A stretch of DNA of 64,000 nucleotides from Actinomycetota bacterium. GTDB lineage: Bacteria; Actinomycetota; Geothermincolia; Geothermincolales; RBG-13-55-18. This document shows, in pieces, positions 51,746 through 61,286 of this stretch (positions are counted from its first letter, which is position 1; each line of letters begins with the position of its first letter). Location: assembly GCA_013178005.1 (NCBI GenBank), contig JABLXL010000002.1, positions 15,220 through 79,219 on the forward strand. Reading direction: 5' to 3'. The notes beneath the pieces are model-generated. The model ran no database searches, was not told the DNA's origin, and saw only the letters and a list, made by a program, of their open reading frames with translations. A program made the position numbers and the translations under genes.

Positions 51746-53141
51746 CTTTTCCCGCCTCCCCGCTCTCGCCGACCGCCTCTCGCCTCTCCGCCTCGCGCCT
51801 GTCCGCCTGCTGCTTGCGGCGCGCCAGTTCCGCCTTGCCGGTCTTGATGAGCTGGACCAGGGGGTTCTTTGTGGGGCAAGTATAAGTGCAGCAGCCGCAC
51901 TCTATGCAGTCCTCGATGTGCAGCCTGTGCAGCAGGTCCCACTTCTCGTTGTGGGCATAGGACCCCAGGTAGGTGGGTATCAAGCCCATGGGGCATACGT
52001 CCACGCAGCGGCCGCAGCGTATGCACACGGGCTCGGCGGGCACGCTGTACCCCGTTTCCTCTCGGGACAGGGCCAGTATGCCGGAGGTTCCCTTTATCAC
52101 CGGCACCTCCATGGTGTGCTGGGCAAGCCCCATCATGGGCCCGCCCATGATCACTTTGCCGGGAGGCTCAGTGAATCCGCCGCAGGCCTCCACGGCGTGC
52201 GCGAAGCTCGTCCCCAGCGGGACCAGGAGGTTGGAGGGCTCCCTGACCACCGAGCCGGTGACGGTGACCACCCTCTCCACCAGCGGCATCCCTTGAGAGA
52301 AATACTGCGCGATGGCGTGGGCGGTGCCCACGTTGTTCACCACCACACCCACGTGCATGGGCAGGCCTCCCGAGGGCACCTCCCGGCGCAGCAGATTGGC
52401 GATGAGCACCTTCTCGGCCCCCTGGGGGTAACGAGTCCGCAGGGAAGCCACCTCGATCCCCGACCCCCGGGCGGAGGACTCCATGGCCTTGATGGCCGCG
52501 GGTTTGTTGTCCTCGATGGCCACGATCCCTCGTCGGGCTCCCACCGCCCGCATGATGATACGTATGCCCTCCAGTACCGAGTCTGGCTCCTCGAGCAAGA
52601 GGCGGTAATCCGAGGTGAGGAAGGGCTCGCATTCCGCCCCGTTGAGGATGACGGTGTCGATGGGGTATTCCCCGGGAGGGCTCAGTTTCACGTGGGTGGG
52701 GAAAGCCGCCCCGCCCAGCCCGACTATGCCCGCCGCGCGCACCGCCTCGCGTATCCTTTCCGGCTCCATGTCCTCCCAGGGGCCGGGCGGCTCGAGGTTG
52801 GGATCGCGCCTGTAGCTACCGTCGTTTTCGATGATGACCGCGAGCACTTCGCCACCCGCGGGGTGGGGTTGGGGGGCCACCCGGGCCACCTTGCCCGAGA
52901 CGCTGGAATGGATGGGAGCGGAAACGAAGGCCTCGGAATCCCCGATCACCGTTCCCACCAGCACCTCGTCGCCCTTTCCGACCCTGGGGACGCAAGGCGC
53001 CCCGATGTGCTGGCGCATGGGGATGGTCACGGTGGCAGGCGCCTCGATCCTCCTGATCTCCTTGCCCGCCGAGGGTTCCTTCGAGTCCGAAGGGTGCACG
53101 CCTCCCCTGATCCTGTACAGAAGGCCGCTTGTCCTTCCCAT
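51738..53141 (-). CDS. rnfC: Rnf complex subunit C
   Basis: GGVHP, QHIGAP, GLGGAAFPT, NGAECEP, YPQGAE, GGPMMG, CIRCGRC and CIECGCC motifs. Confidence 0.94.
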   Translation of the reverse strand: MGRTSGLLYRIRGGVHPSDSKEPSAGKEIRRIEAPATVTIPMRQHIGAPCVPRVGKGDEVLVGTVIGDSEAFVSAPIHSSVSGKVARVAPQPHPAGGEVLAVIIENDGSYRRDPNLEPPGPWEDMEPERIREAVRAAGIVGLGGAAFPTHVKLSPPGEYPIDTVILNGAECEPFLTSDYRLLLEEPDSVLEGIRIIMRAVGARRGIVAIEDNKPAAIKAMESSARGSGIEVASLRTRYPQGAEKVLIANLLRREVPSGGLPMHVGVVVNNVGTAHAIAQYFSQGMPLVERVVTVTGSVVREPSNLLVPLGTSFAHAVEACGGFTEPPGKVIMGGPMMGLAQHTMEVPVIKGTSGILALSREETGYSVPAEPVCIRCGRCVDVCPMGLIPTYLGSYAHNEKWDLLHRLHIEDCIECGCCTYTCPTKNPLVQLIKTGKAELARRKQQADRREAERREAVGESGEAGKDE

Positions 53142-53689
53142 GGCTCCTTCTAATCTGTTCCGGACCCCTCCCTGCCGCGTCCACCTGGGCGCGGGTAAAA
53201 AAATACCAGCGATAATCTAATCCTTGGCCGTTCTTTTGTCCAGAGCTTTTTCCGGTTTGTAGTCCAAGATCGGACGCCGGGAGGACAAAGCCTGGAAGCC
53301 GGAACCCTAGTCGGCCCGATGAAAACGGCCTCTTGCGGGAAGGAGAACCAAAGACCTTAAAGTCCAGGGCTTTGGCCACAAGTCATCGCGAAGAAGGCCC
53401 TCTTTCGCGGGACGGCGCCAGGAGCGCTCAAGCACGTTGTCCGGACACCGGTCGACCCAACCAAGAAAGGCACCTGTTGGGAAAGGAGATCAACAGCGCG
53501 CAAGCCTCGAGGCCGTATTGCTTATCATCTTCTTATGCCATTGGCCCACTTGCGGGACCCAAGGGATCTCCAGGTTGGGGCCAAGAGCCGGAGATCGAAT
53601 CGTTCCAACGGCCCAAAGGCCGTCCGCCCCTCCTGCCCCTCCTGGGCGGACCCCGTGCGGAGCGGGCGTGAGCGCGCTAGACTTAGGTC

Positions 53690-54160
53690 ATGGAATGCAA
53701 GGCGGTCGTGGCCGAGATAAAGGGCGGGCGCGCCAGGGTTCGCGTGGCGCGGGTGAACTGCGCGGAATGCGGCGGGTGTGGCCTACTGGCGCGCGACCGC
53801 GATCAGGTGATGGAGTTCACGGCTTCGGCGCGCCCTGGTTTGGAGGAGGGGGACGTGGTGATCCTCGAGGTCCCCTCGAGGCGTCTTGTGCTGTCCTACC
53901 TGGTCATTTTCGGTCTCCCGGTGCTGGGCATGATCGCCGCCTATCTCGCGGCGATGGCCTTGACCTCTCTGGCGGGAGCGGGCAACGGGGGGATCGCGGT
54001 TACGGCTGCAGTGGCGGCCGGATGCGCTTTTCTGTGGGTGGGGGTTAAACTGGCGGAGCGCGCGGGTTTCTCCCCGGTCATAGTGCGCGTGCTTGGAAGG
54101 CAAGGGGAGGACGCTTCGAGCCGGATGGGAGGTGGAGCGGAAGGCGGCGGGGTGCTTTGA
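53690..54160 (+). CDS. RseC/MucC family protein, divergent from rnfC
   Basis: CAECGGC...GDVV..E...YLVIFGLP with two TM helices, ending PVIVRVL. Confidence 0.8.
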   Translation: MECKAVVAEIKGGRARVRVARVNCAECGGCGLLARDRDQVMEFTASARPGLEEGDVVILEVPSRRLVLSYLVIFGLPVLGMIAAYLAAMALTSLAGAGNGGIAVTAAVAAGCAFLWVGVKLAERAGFSPVIVRVLGRQGEDASSRMGGGAEGGGVL

Positions 54161-54267
54161 CGAGCAGGCCCCCGATCTTGTTTGCCGCCAGGGGAGTGGA
54201 TGGCATGGTGAGGCCGACGGTGTGACGCAATTTTGGACGGCGATCCCTTTCCAGGTGCGTCGTCTCT

Positions 54268-55071
54268 CTATCGGTCCTCCAGCCGTGAGCTCGCCTCGGA
54301 GAGGATGGCTTCGACGGATGGCTTGTCATCGGGGTAGGAGAGGACCTCCGTTTCCAGGACATCGCCCACGCCCCGCCCTTCGGAGTGGCGTTCCAGATAC
54401 GCGTCGATCTTTCCCCGCAGCCGGTTGTGACATACTTCCGCGCCCTCACGTCCCACGTTGGGAAGGATGACCAAGAACTCGTTGCCCATCCTTGCCAGTT
54501 CGTCCACGGAACGTGTGTCGTTCTTAAGCACGGAGATGCTCAAGTCGCGCATCACGTTCACGCCTCGCTTGCGTTGCTCCTCGACGAATCCCCCCTCAAG
54601 GGAGAAGCGGATGAGCGAGAAGGGTGTTTGGTAACGGTCATGCTCGTTGATGTGTGTCTCAAGCTCCCGGGCGATGAACCTCTCGTTGCCGATCTGGGTT
54701 TCGTCGTCCACCAGGTCCTGGTTTTCCATCTTCACGAAGAAGTACCGGAACTGGGTCCTGATGTGGTTGCATAGAAGGGCGAGAACGCCATAGATCAGGA
54801 GCTTGATACCGGCAAGTTCCAGCGCCGTGCCGTATCCGAAATCCCCCTTGAAGGCCAAGCGCGCGGCGGTATACACAGCAATACTGAAGAGGAATCCGCC
54901 GGCGGCGCCTCGCTTTCCGCCGTAGAGGCTGGAGACGATGACGGCGAGCATCAGCAGGTGGCCCATGATCTCCACCCCGTCCGTCTTCTGTATGGCCATG
55001 GCTACGGCCATGGCCGCCACCGCCACCGTGATGACCAGAACGATTATCCGCTCGAACCTCGCGTATCGCAT
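54268..55071 (-). CDS. Membrane protein with a degenerate GGDEF domain
   Basis: About four TM helices, then DDETQIGN...RSVDELARMGNEFLVILP. Confidence 0.75.
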   Translation of the reverse strand: MRYARFERIIVLVITVAVAAMAVAMAIQKTDGVEIMGHLLMLAVIVSSLYGGKRGAAGGFLFSIAVYTAARLAFKGDFGYGTALELAGIKLLIYGVLALLCNHIRTQFRYFFVKMENQDLVDDETQIGNERFIARELETHINEHDRYQTPFSLIRFSLEGGFVEEQRKRGVNVMRDLSISVLKNDTRSVDELARMGNEFLVILPNVGREGAEVCHNRLRGKIDAYLERHSEGRGVGDVLETEVLSYPDDKPSVEAILSEASSRLEDR

Positions 55072-55123
55072 TAATACCCCGCCCCTTTCAAGCCATACAG
55101 GACCTCAGGCGCCGAGGCCCTCC

Positions 55124-55468
55124 TCAGATATCCGTGTGGTACTCGCACCAAACCTCTCCGGTCGCGGGATCGTAAGCGTACTCCTCCCCCGATTCTGGGC
55201 ACTTGAGCCCCTTCGCGTTCTCGATGAAGTCGGGGACCAGCTCGTCCAGGTCATCAGGATACCCTTCGTGATATGAGTAGTAGCATAAAAGCTGCTCCCT
55301 GATGATCTTGAGGTTGCCGCGGCAGACTGCCTTCCTGCTGAGACTGGTGGAAACCTCGTAAGAAGCCACGGCTATGCCCACCAGGATGCCGATGATGCCC
55401 ACCACGATCAGCAACTCCACCAGGGAGAACCCCTCTTCCCTTCCCAAAGACCTGGACTTTCGCACCAT
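55124..55468 (-). CDS. Type IV pilin / pseudopilin-like protein
   Basis: Class III signal peptide G|FSLVELLIVVGIIGILVGIA; C-terminal CP...C..H. Confidence 0.88.
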   Translation of the reverse strand: MVRKSRSLGREEGFSLVELLIVVGIIGILVGIAVASYEVSTSLSRKAVCRGNLKIIREQLLCYYSYHEGYPDDLDELVPDFIENAKGLKCPESGEEYAYDPATGEVWCEYHTDI

Positions 55469-56102
55469 CCCTCCCCGGACTGTTTTCTCTTAACAACACC
55501 ATCGGTCACAAGCACTTTCCACTTGAGATTGCTGGCACTGCAGGCCCTGTGAAGCGAAAGATCGCAGTGTGGCGGGGACCGCCTTGCCGCGGCACCGCGC
55601 TTTCGCGCCGAGCATAATTAAATAAATACGGGTCGCGTAGGCCGTTGGCAAGGACTGCCATTCTCCGACTCCCACAATATTTTTCCCCATGGCGGCCTGG
55701 GATACAGGCATGATCAAAGCACTGCAAAAGAGACCGGTCGCAGCAGCTCACCCACACCACGCCGCAGGAGTCGCATTCCCCCGTGAAATTGCCTGCGACG
55801 GAGGGCTTGCAAGCGGGAAAACGGACAGGCCACCCTAAACGCGCCGTATATTTTGGGTATGGCGTCTCTTTGAATGGAACTTCTCCGTCCGGCTCCCTGT
55901 GACAGTATTCTAGTCCAAGGGTAATGCACTGATGTCCGCGCCCTTTCACTTTTGTCCGCACGGTTCACGGCATACATTCGCGTACCGTGGTTTGAGGACA
56001 AAGCGTTTCGTCGAAAAGGTCTTATCCGCCCGGTTCCCTGCGCCCGTCTACTCGTCCGGGGTTAAGGGTATAATGGATGGCGAGCGAAAGGACGGTGCGA
56101 GC

Positions 56103-56573
56103 ATGCTGGAAAATGCCGGGGCGACGGAAAAGGGAGAGGTGGTCTCCAGCCCCCACGTCTTTTCGCCGCGCAAGGCCTTGTCCCGCGAGGACGAGTTGAT
56201 GGGGGCGGGGGCGATAATCATCGGCGCTTCCTTCCTGTACCCCCATGTGAAGGGATTGCTCGAGGCCGTGACCCCGGGATGCCTTTTCCACCGCCTCACG
56301 GGGCTGCCCTGCCTGTTTTGCGGGATGACCCGCAGCTTTGCGGCCACTGCAGGCGGCCGCTGGGAGGAGGCCTTCAGGATGCACCTGCTCGGCCCGCCCC
56401 TCTTCGTCCTCGTGGCCGCGCTGACGGCGCTTCTCTTGATGGAAAAGGCCTTGACGAGACGTCTGCTGCCCCGTCCTGGAAAGGCTTTCCTGAAGGGAGC
56501 GGCATGGGGCTTCCTGGTATTGCTGGTGATGGCGTGGGTTCTCCGCCTGGCGCTTTTCGGCGTCAACGTCTAG
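56103..56573 (+). CDS. DUF2752 family membrane protein
   Basis: GCLFHRLTGLPCLFCGMTRSF motif. Confidence 0.82.
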   Translation: MLENAGATEKGEVVSSPHVFSPRKALSREDELMGAGAIIIGASFLYPHVKGLLEAVTPGCLFHRLTGLPCLFCGMTRSFAATAGGRWEEAFRMHLLGPPLFVLVAALTALLLMEKALTRRLLPRPGKAFLKGAAWGFLVLLVMAWVLRLALFGVNV

Positions 56574-56821
56574 GCTGGATGCATATGGTCCACAGGGAAG
56601 AGCGAAGCGGCGGAGCGGGAGGCGGGAAAGCTCCGGTGGACCGGGCAACGCTCCCTCGGGATGTTGGCGATGCTAGCGATGCAAGGATAGACGGATATAT
56701 GATGGATGGCTGCGCGTGATGCGGAGAAGCGCCGGGCTTGCCGACATGGATGAAAGAGAGGAAGAAGGGGAAAACCAGGGACGGGCCGGCAGGAGGCCCC
56801 TAACGGCGTGAGGAGGTTTTA

Positions 56822-57475
56822 ATGGAAGGAACACCGTACCCAGCCCAGGCGGGGTCCGCGTTGGAGTACAACGTGGCCGCGCGGACGAGCACCGATTTCA
56901 TCACCGACCCTGGGATGGCCATCCTGCTCTCCATCGTCACCTGTGGGATCTACGGCATGTACATCATCTACAAGCTGGTGCAGAGGCGGGACGAGCACTT
57001 CAAGCGCATGGCGGCGGTGGCCGACTCCGCCGTGGCGCAACTGCGGGCCAAGGCCCAGGGACGGGAGGACCTGGTAGGCCAAGAGCTCGCGCAGCTGGAG
57101 CAGATACGCATGCGCATGGCCACCATGGCGGCGGAAAGGGGGGCGGCGATCTGGCTCCTCATCTGTATCTTCACCGGCATCGGCTCCTTAATCCTCTATT
57201 ACCTGCTCATGAAGGATTACGTGGAGCACGATGCGGTGGAGGCTCATTTCTTCACCGTCATGAGCGCGGCCTTGGCCAAGCTGGGCTTGGCGGGACAGGC
57301 GGGCCAAGCCATGCCCACCGTGCCCCAGCGCGAGTTCGTGACCTTCCTGTTGTTGAGCTTAGTGACCTGCGGCATCTATGGCTTTTACTGGATGTACGTG
57401 ATGATCAAGGATTTCAACGATCACTTCATAGCCCAGGTCGCCTGGGAGGATTTCCTCCTCACCGCACTGCGCTGA
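56822..57475 (+). CDS. DUF4234 family membrane protein (two repeats)
   Basis: LLSIVTCGIYGMY and LLSLVTCGIYGFYW. Confidence 0.75.
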   Translation: MEGTPYPAQAGSALEYNVAARTSTDFITDPGMAILLSIVTCGIYGMYIIYKLVQRRDEHFKRMAAVADSAVAQLRAKAQGREDLVGQELAQLEQIRMRMATMAAERGAAIWLLICIFTGIGSLILYYLLMKDYVEHDAVEAHFFTVMSAALAKLGLAGQAGQAMPTVPQREFVTFLLLSLVTCGIYGFYWMYVMIKDFNDHFIAQVAWEDFLLTALR

Positions 57476-57684
57476 TCGGTAGAGGTTATGTACACGCCGG
57501 GCCTTCCTGACCGTTGGGTATAAGGCGCGTCTCCAGGCTGCGCTGACCGGTAGAGGTCAAGGGGGGCGGCAGGCCTGCGTGCGTAGGTCCAGGGGGCCCT
57601 TGCCGCCGGCGCTCGTGACTTGAGCCGGAGTGCGAGACATGCTGCGCCGGGTGTCCGCTTTCCCAGGATTCACACGTCAGGCGC

Positions 57685-58485
57685 TTACAGCTTTAGCCAT
57701 AGCGCCAGCCACCCCACCGCCGCGAGGATGGCAAGGGCGGCGAGGTCGCCCATCCCCGGACGGGATGAACGATAGCGGGAACGCCCGCCACCCCCGAAGT
57801 AGCCGCGTGCCGCCAAGGCCGTGCCCAGCTCCTCGGCATCCCGGAAGCAGGCCGTGAAGAGCGGCACGAGCAGCGGCAGAAGCGAGCGGGCTCTCCGCAA
57901 CAGGTTACCGCTGGAGAAGTCCGCCCCCCGCGCTTCCTGAGCCCGCGCGATCTCCCCGGCTTTACCGAGCAGCACGGGCAGGAAGCGGAGCGCCGTGGTG
58001 AGGATCATGGCCGTCTCGTGCACCGGAAAGCGCAGCGGGCGCAGGGGGGCCATGAGCCCCTCCAGGCCCGACAGGAGATGCACGGGGTCGGTGGTCATGG
58101 TCAGCGCGCAGATGGCCACCGCGGCCAGGGCTAGGCGCATGGAATATACCACGCCGTTCTGTATGCCGGTGTTGGTGATGGAGATGGGCCCCCATTCCCA
58201 GAGGACCCGGCCGGGCGAGAACAGCAGCTGGGCGAGGGCGGTTACGGCCAGGAGGATGAACACGGAGCGCAGGGAGGCCAGCAGCTGCAGGGGAGGGAGC
58301 TTGGCCAGGTAGACGACGAAAAGCGTGAACGCCAGGAGGACGACGATGCCGGAGGGTCGCCCGCAGGCGAACGACAGGGCGATGAGGCCCGCTGCCCCCG
58401 CGATCTTAACCCGGGCGTCCAGGGCATGGACCGGCGAGGGCATGGGGTAATACCTCCCGATGCCGACGCGGTTGAGGTCCCTCAT
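57685..58485 (-). CDS. ecfT: ECF transporter transmembrane component T
   Basis: HALDARVK, ALRFLP, AQEARG and LAARGY motifs. Confidence 0.9.
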   Translation of the reverse strand: MRDLNRVGIGRYYPMPSPVHALDARVKIAGAAGLIALSFACGRPSGIVVLLAFTLFVVYLAKLPPLQLLASLRSVFILLAVTALAQLLFSPGRVLWEWGPISITNTGIQNGVVYSMRLALAAVAICALTMTTDPVHLLSGLEGLMAPLRPLRFPVHETAMILTTALRFLPVLLGKAGEIARAQEARGADFSSGNLLRRARSLLPLLVPLFTACFRDAEELGTALAARGYFGGGGRSRYRSSRPGMGDLAALAILAAVGWLALWLKL

Positions 58486-59339
58486 CGCTCCCCTCCTCCC
58501 AGTGCCCGGGCTATCAGCGCCGCGGCCTCCCGCGGGGAGGTCGCGCGCGCCGGCAGGTCCAGGCCTCGTTCCCGTAGCAGATCGAGCAACCGCATGGCGG
58601 GAGGGGGGATCAGACCCGCCTGCGAGAGCAGGCGGGCGTTTGCGGCGGCGGATCCTGGGTCTCCGGCATTGACGATGCGCCCCCCCGCGATGATCTCAAC
58701 GCGGTCCGCCAGCGCCTCCACCTCCTCCCAGTCGTGGGTCACCACCAGGATCCCGATGCCTTCGCGTTTCAGCTCCGCCACGAGGCCGTGAAACAGCCTG
58801 CGCCCCGGGGCGTCGAGTCCCGAGGAGGGCTCGTCGAGGAGCAGGAAGCGCGGCTTCATGGCCAGCACCCCCGCCAGCGCGGCGCGGCGCATCTCGCCGT
58901 CGCTGAGGGTGAAGGGCGAGCGCATGGAGTAAGTATCCGCATCGAGGCCCACCATGCCCATGGCCTCCCGCACCCTTTGCGAGAGCGCCCGGCCGCGCAG
59001 TCCCCGGTTGCGCGGCCCGAAGCCCACGTCCTTTTCCACCGTTTCCGCGAAGAGCTGCCTTTGCGGAGACTGGAAGAGGATCCCCACCGCGCGCCGCAGG
59101 CGCCGCACGCCGGAAGGGGAGTCATCCACGCGGTGCCCATCGAGGAGTACCCTTCCCCGGGCGGGGGCGAGCATGCCCGCGGCTATGCCCAGGAGGGTGG
59201 TCTTCCCGGATCCGGATGCGCCCATGAGGCAGACCGTTTCCCCTTCGGCGAGGGAGAGGTCCACGCCGTCCAGCGCCGCCCGGGCCATGGGGGTCCCGGG
59301 AAGGTAGGTGAAGCCGACTCCGTCCAGGGTTATGCCCAC
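58482..59339 (-). CDS. ecfA2: ECF transporter ATPase (A')
   Basis: YLPGTP, GASGSGKTT, QLFAETV, SPFTLSDGE, LDEP and VTHD motifs. Confidence 0.88.
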   Translation of the reverse strand: MGITLDGVGFTYLPGTPMARAALDGVDLSLAEGETVCLMGASGSGKTTLLGIAAGMLAPARGRVLLDGHRVDDSPSGVRRLRRAVGILFQSPQRQLFAETVEKDVGFGPRNRGLRGRALSQRVREAMGMVGLDADTYSMRSPFTLSDGEMRRAALAGVLAMKPRFLLLDEPSSGLDAPGRRLFHGLVAELKREGIGILVVTHDWEEVEALADRVEIIAGGRIVNAGDPGSAAANARLLSQAGLIPPPAMRLLDLLRERGLDLPARATSPREAAALIARALGGGER

Positions 59340-60175
59340 AGCGAAGCGAACACCTCCTCGGCGCTCAGCGGCATCCGGGGCACCTGCAGTCCCCGCGACG
59401 CGAGTTCCCTCGCCAGCTCGAGAAGGGGAGGCGTCTCCATGCCCAAATCAACGGCGGGACCGCCCTCGGCGAACAGCTCCTCCGGGTGGCCGAAAAAGGC
59501 CACGGAGCCGGAGGAGAGCACGACCACGCGGTCGGCCGCCAGCAGCTCGTCCGCGTGGTGGGTGGCGTGCACCACGGTGAGGTCCCTCTCGTCACGCAAC
59601 CTCCTTAACAGGGAAAGAGTCTCCATGCGCGCGCGCGCGTCCAGCATGGAGGTGGACTCGTCCGATACCAGGATGCGCGGCCGCATGGCCAGGGCGCCCG
59701 CCAGGGCGACGCGTTTCTTCTCCCCCTCCGAGAGGAGATGGGGCTCGCGGTCGCGCAGCTCTATCAGCCCCAGGGTCTCCAGGGCCTCTTCCACCCTCTC
59801 CGCTATCTCCTCGCGGGAAAGCGAGAGGTTCTCGGGCCCGAAGGCGATGTCGTCCTCCACCGTGGGGCCGACGATCTGGTTGTCGGGGTTCTGCATCACC
59901 AGGGCCACGCGGCTCCGGATGAGGGGTAGGTTCACGCTTGCCGAGGTGTCCAGCCCGCATGCCGTCACCCTCCCCGTGGTGGGCAGGAGCAAGGCGTTCA
60001 CCATGCGGCAGAGGGTCGACTTTCCGGAGCCGTTGTGTCCCGCCACGGCGAGGATCTCGCCTTTCCCGACCTCGAGGGATATATCCCGCAGCGCCGTTTT
60101 GCCTTCCCTGCCGGGATACGCGAAGTTGACCCCCTCGAAAACGATCGCAGCGGAGACCGATGCGTTGGAGCCCAG
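59330..60175 (-). CDS. ecfA1: ECF transporter ATPase (A)
   Basis: IVFEGVNFAY, GHNGSGKST, QNPDNQ and LSEGEKKR. The conserved N-terminus extends upstream of the track start, to a CTG at 60175. Confidence 0.85.
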   Translation of the reverse strand: MGSNASVSAAIVFEGVNFAYPGREGKTALRDISLEVGKGEILAVAGHNGSGKSTLCRMVNALLLPTTGRVTACGLDTSASVNLPLIRSRVALVMQNPDNQIVGPTVEDDIAFGPENLSLSREEIAERVEEALETLGLIELRDREPHLLSEGEKKRVALAGALAMRPRILVSDESTSMLDARARMETLSLLRRLRDERDLTVVHATHHADELLAADRVVVLSSGSVAFFGHPEELFAEGGPAVDLGMETPPLLELARELASRGLQVPRMPLSAEEVFASLWA

Positions 60176-60176
60176 T

Positions 60177-60731
60177 TCAACCCACCTCCAGGGGCAGCGT
60201 TCTTCCCAGGGCCATGGAGAGTCGGCGGGCGGTCACCCCGATGAAAAAGCCCGTGGGCAGGGCGATGAGGAGAAGGTAGGGCAGGTAATATCGCAGACCG
60301 GGGAAACCCACCAGCAGGATGGCCACCCCGAGTTGGGCGGCGTTGTGGGTGACGGCGCCGGCGATGCTGATCCCGGTCAGGCTTACCAGGCGTGAAGGGA
60401 GGCGGTAGAGCGCCGCCATCACCAGGGTCGCCGCGGTTCCCGCCGCGGTGCTGATGGCCAGGCCCACGAAGCTTCCGCGCAGCAACCCCCCCAGCAGGCA
60501 TCGCAGGAGGTTGACGGCCAGCGCCTCCACGGGGCCGAGGAAAACCAGGGCGGCCACCGTGGCCAGGTTGGCCAGCCCCAGCTTCGCGCCGGGGAGGGGG
60601 AGGATGGGGGGGATAGCGCCCTCGATTATCTGCAACACCAGCCCCAGGGCAACGAGCATCCCCAACTGTCCCACCAGGTAGGACCTTCGGTCCGCGGGCG
60701 GACGAGCGGGACGGTTAGCGGTTGACGACAT
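60177..60731 (-). CDS. Gx transporter family S-component (annotated elsewhere as heptaprenyl diphosphate synthase component I)
   Basis: IEGAIPP..PGAKLGLAN, S..GA..HN..Q and YYLPYL motifs. Confidence 0.85.
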   Translation of the reverse strand: MSSTANRPARPPADRRSYLVGQLGMLVALGLVLQIIEGAIPPILPLPGAKLGLANLATVAALVFLGPVEALAVNLLRCLLGGLLRGSFVGLAISTAAGTAATLVMAALYRLPSRLVSLTGISIAGAVTHNAAQLGVAILLVGFPGLRYYLPYLLLIALPTGFFIGVTARRLSMALGRTLPLEVG

Positions 60732-61134
60732 CCGGCCCCCCCTCGCCCGACCTTATCTCGATGACCACCCGGTTGGGCAGGCATACGATGCTTTCCCCGG
60801 GCTGGGATATCCAGCCGGAACGCACACACACCTTGTCGGGGCAGGCGGAGTCGAGCATGCGCACCCTGCCGTCGCTTACCTGCACGTAGCTGGTGCCCTG
60901 GTATCCCTCCACCGCCAGCTCCTCGCTCTCGCTCCGCAGCGACAAGGTCTTCACCGCCCTGCCGTTCACGCTGACCACCGCCTCCAGGGAGGAGCCGGCA
61001 CCCGCCTCGGTGATGCCCTGCGCGATGAGCACCGCGCACAGCGCCGCCACCGCGAGCACGATAACGATGTCTCCGGGCGCCCACCAGCGCCCTATGTGCG
61101 CGTTTCCCGCCGCTCTCCTCGACTCGCGGCCCAA
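60715..61134 (-). CDS. NusG domain II-containing protein (DUF1312)
   Basis: N-terminal TM; SACPDKVCVRSGWI...IVCLPNRV. Confidence 0.88.
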   Translation of the reverse strand: MGRESRRAAGNAHIGRWWAPGDIVIVLAVAALCAVLIAQGITEAGAGSSLEAVVSVNGRAVKTLSLRSESEELAVEGYQGTSYVQVSDGRVRMLDSACPDKVCVRSGWISQPGESIVCLPNRVVIEIRSGEGGPDVVNR

Positions 61135-61286
61135 CCCCCGACCTCCTTCGGCGTTTCCTTTCCGGACGGTCGCTTTCTCCCCATATATTAAATGAAAGGG
61201 ACGCGCCCGGTCTTCAGTGGGGCTCGTATGGCGTCAAGACACATACGGGTTCCCACTCCGGCCCGGGAGCGCATATAATCTCACCT

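Noticed and set aside
55470..56070. c-di-GMP riboswitch upstream of the pilin gene
   Set aside because: I could not find the GEMM-I pattern (GCAAA...GAAA...GACGCAAAGC) on the minus strand. An Rfam scan would settle it.
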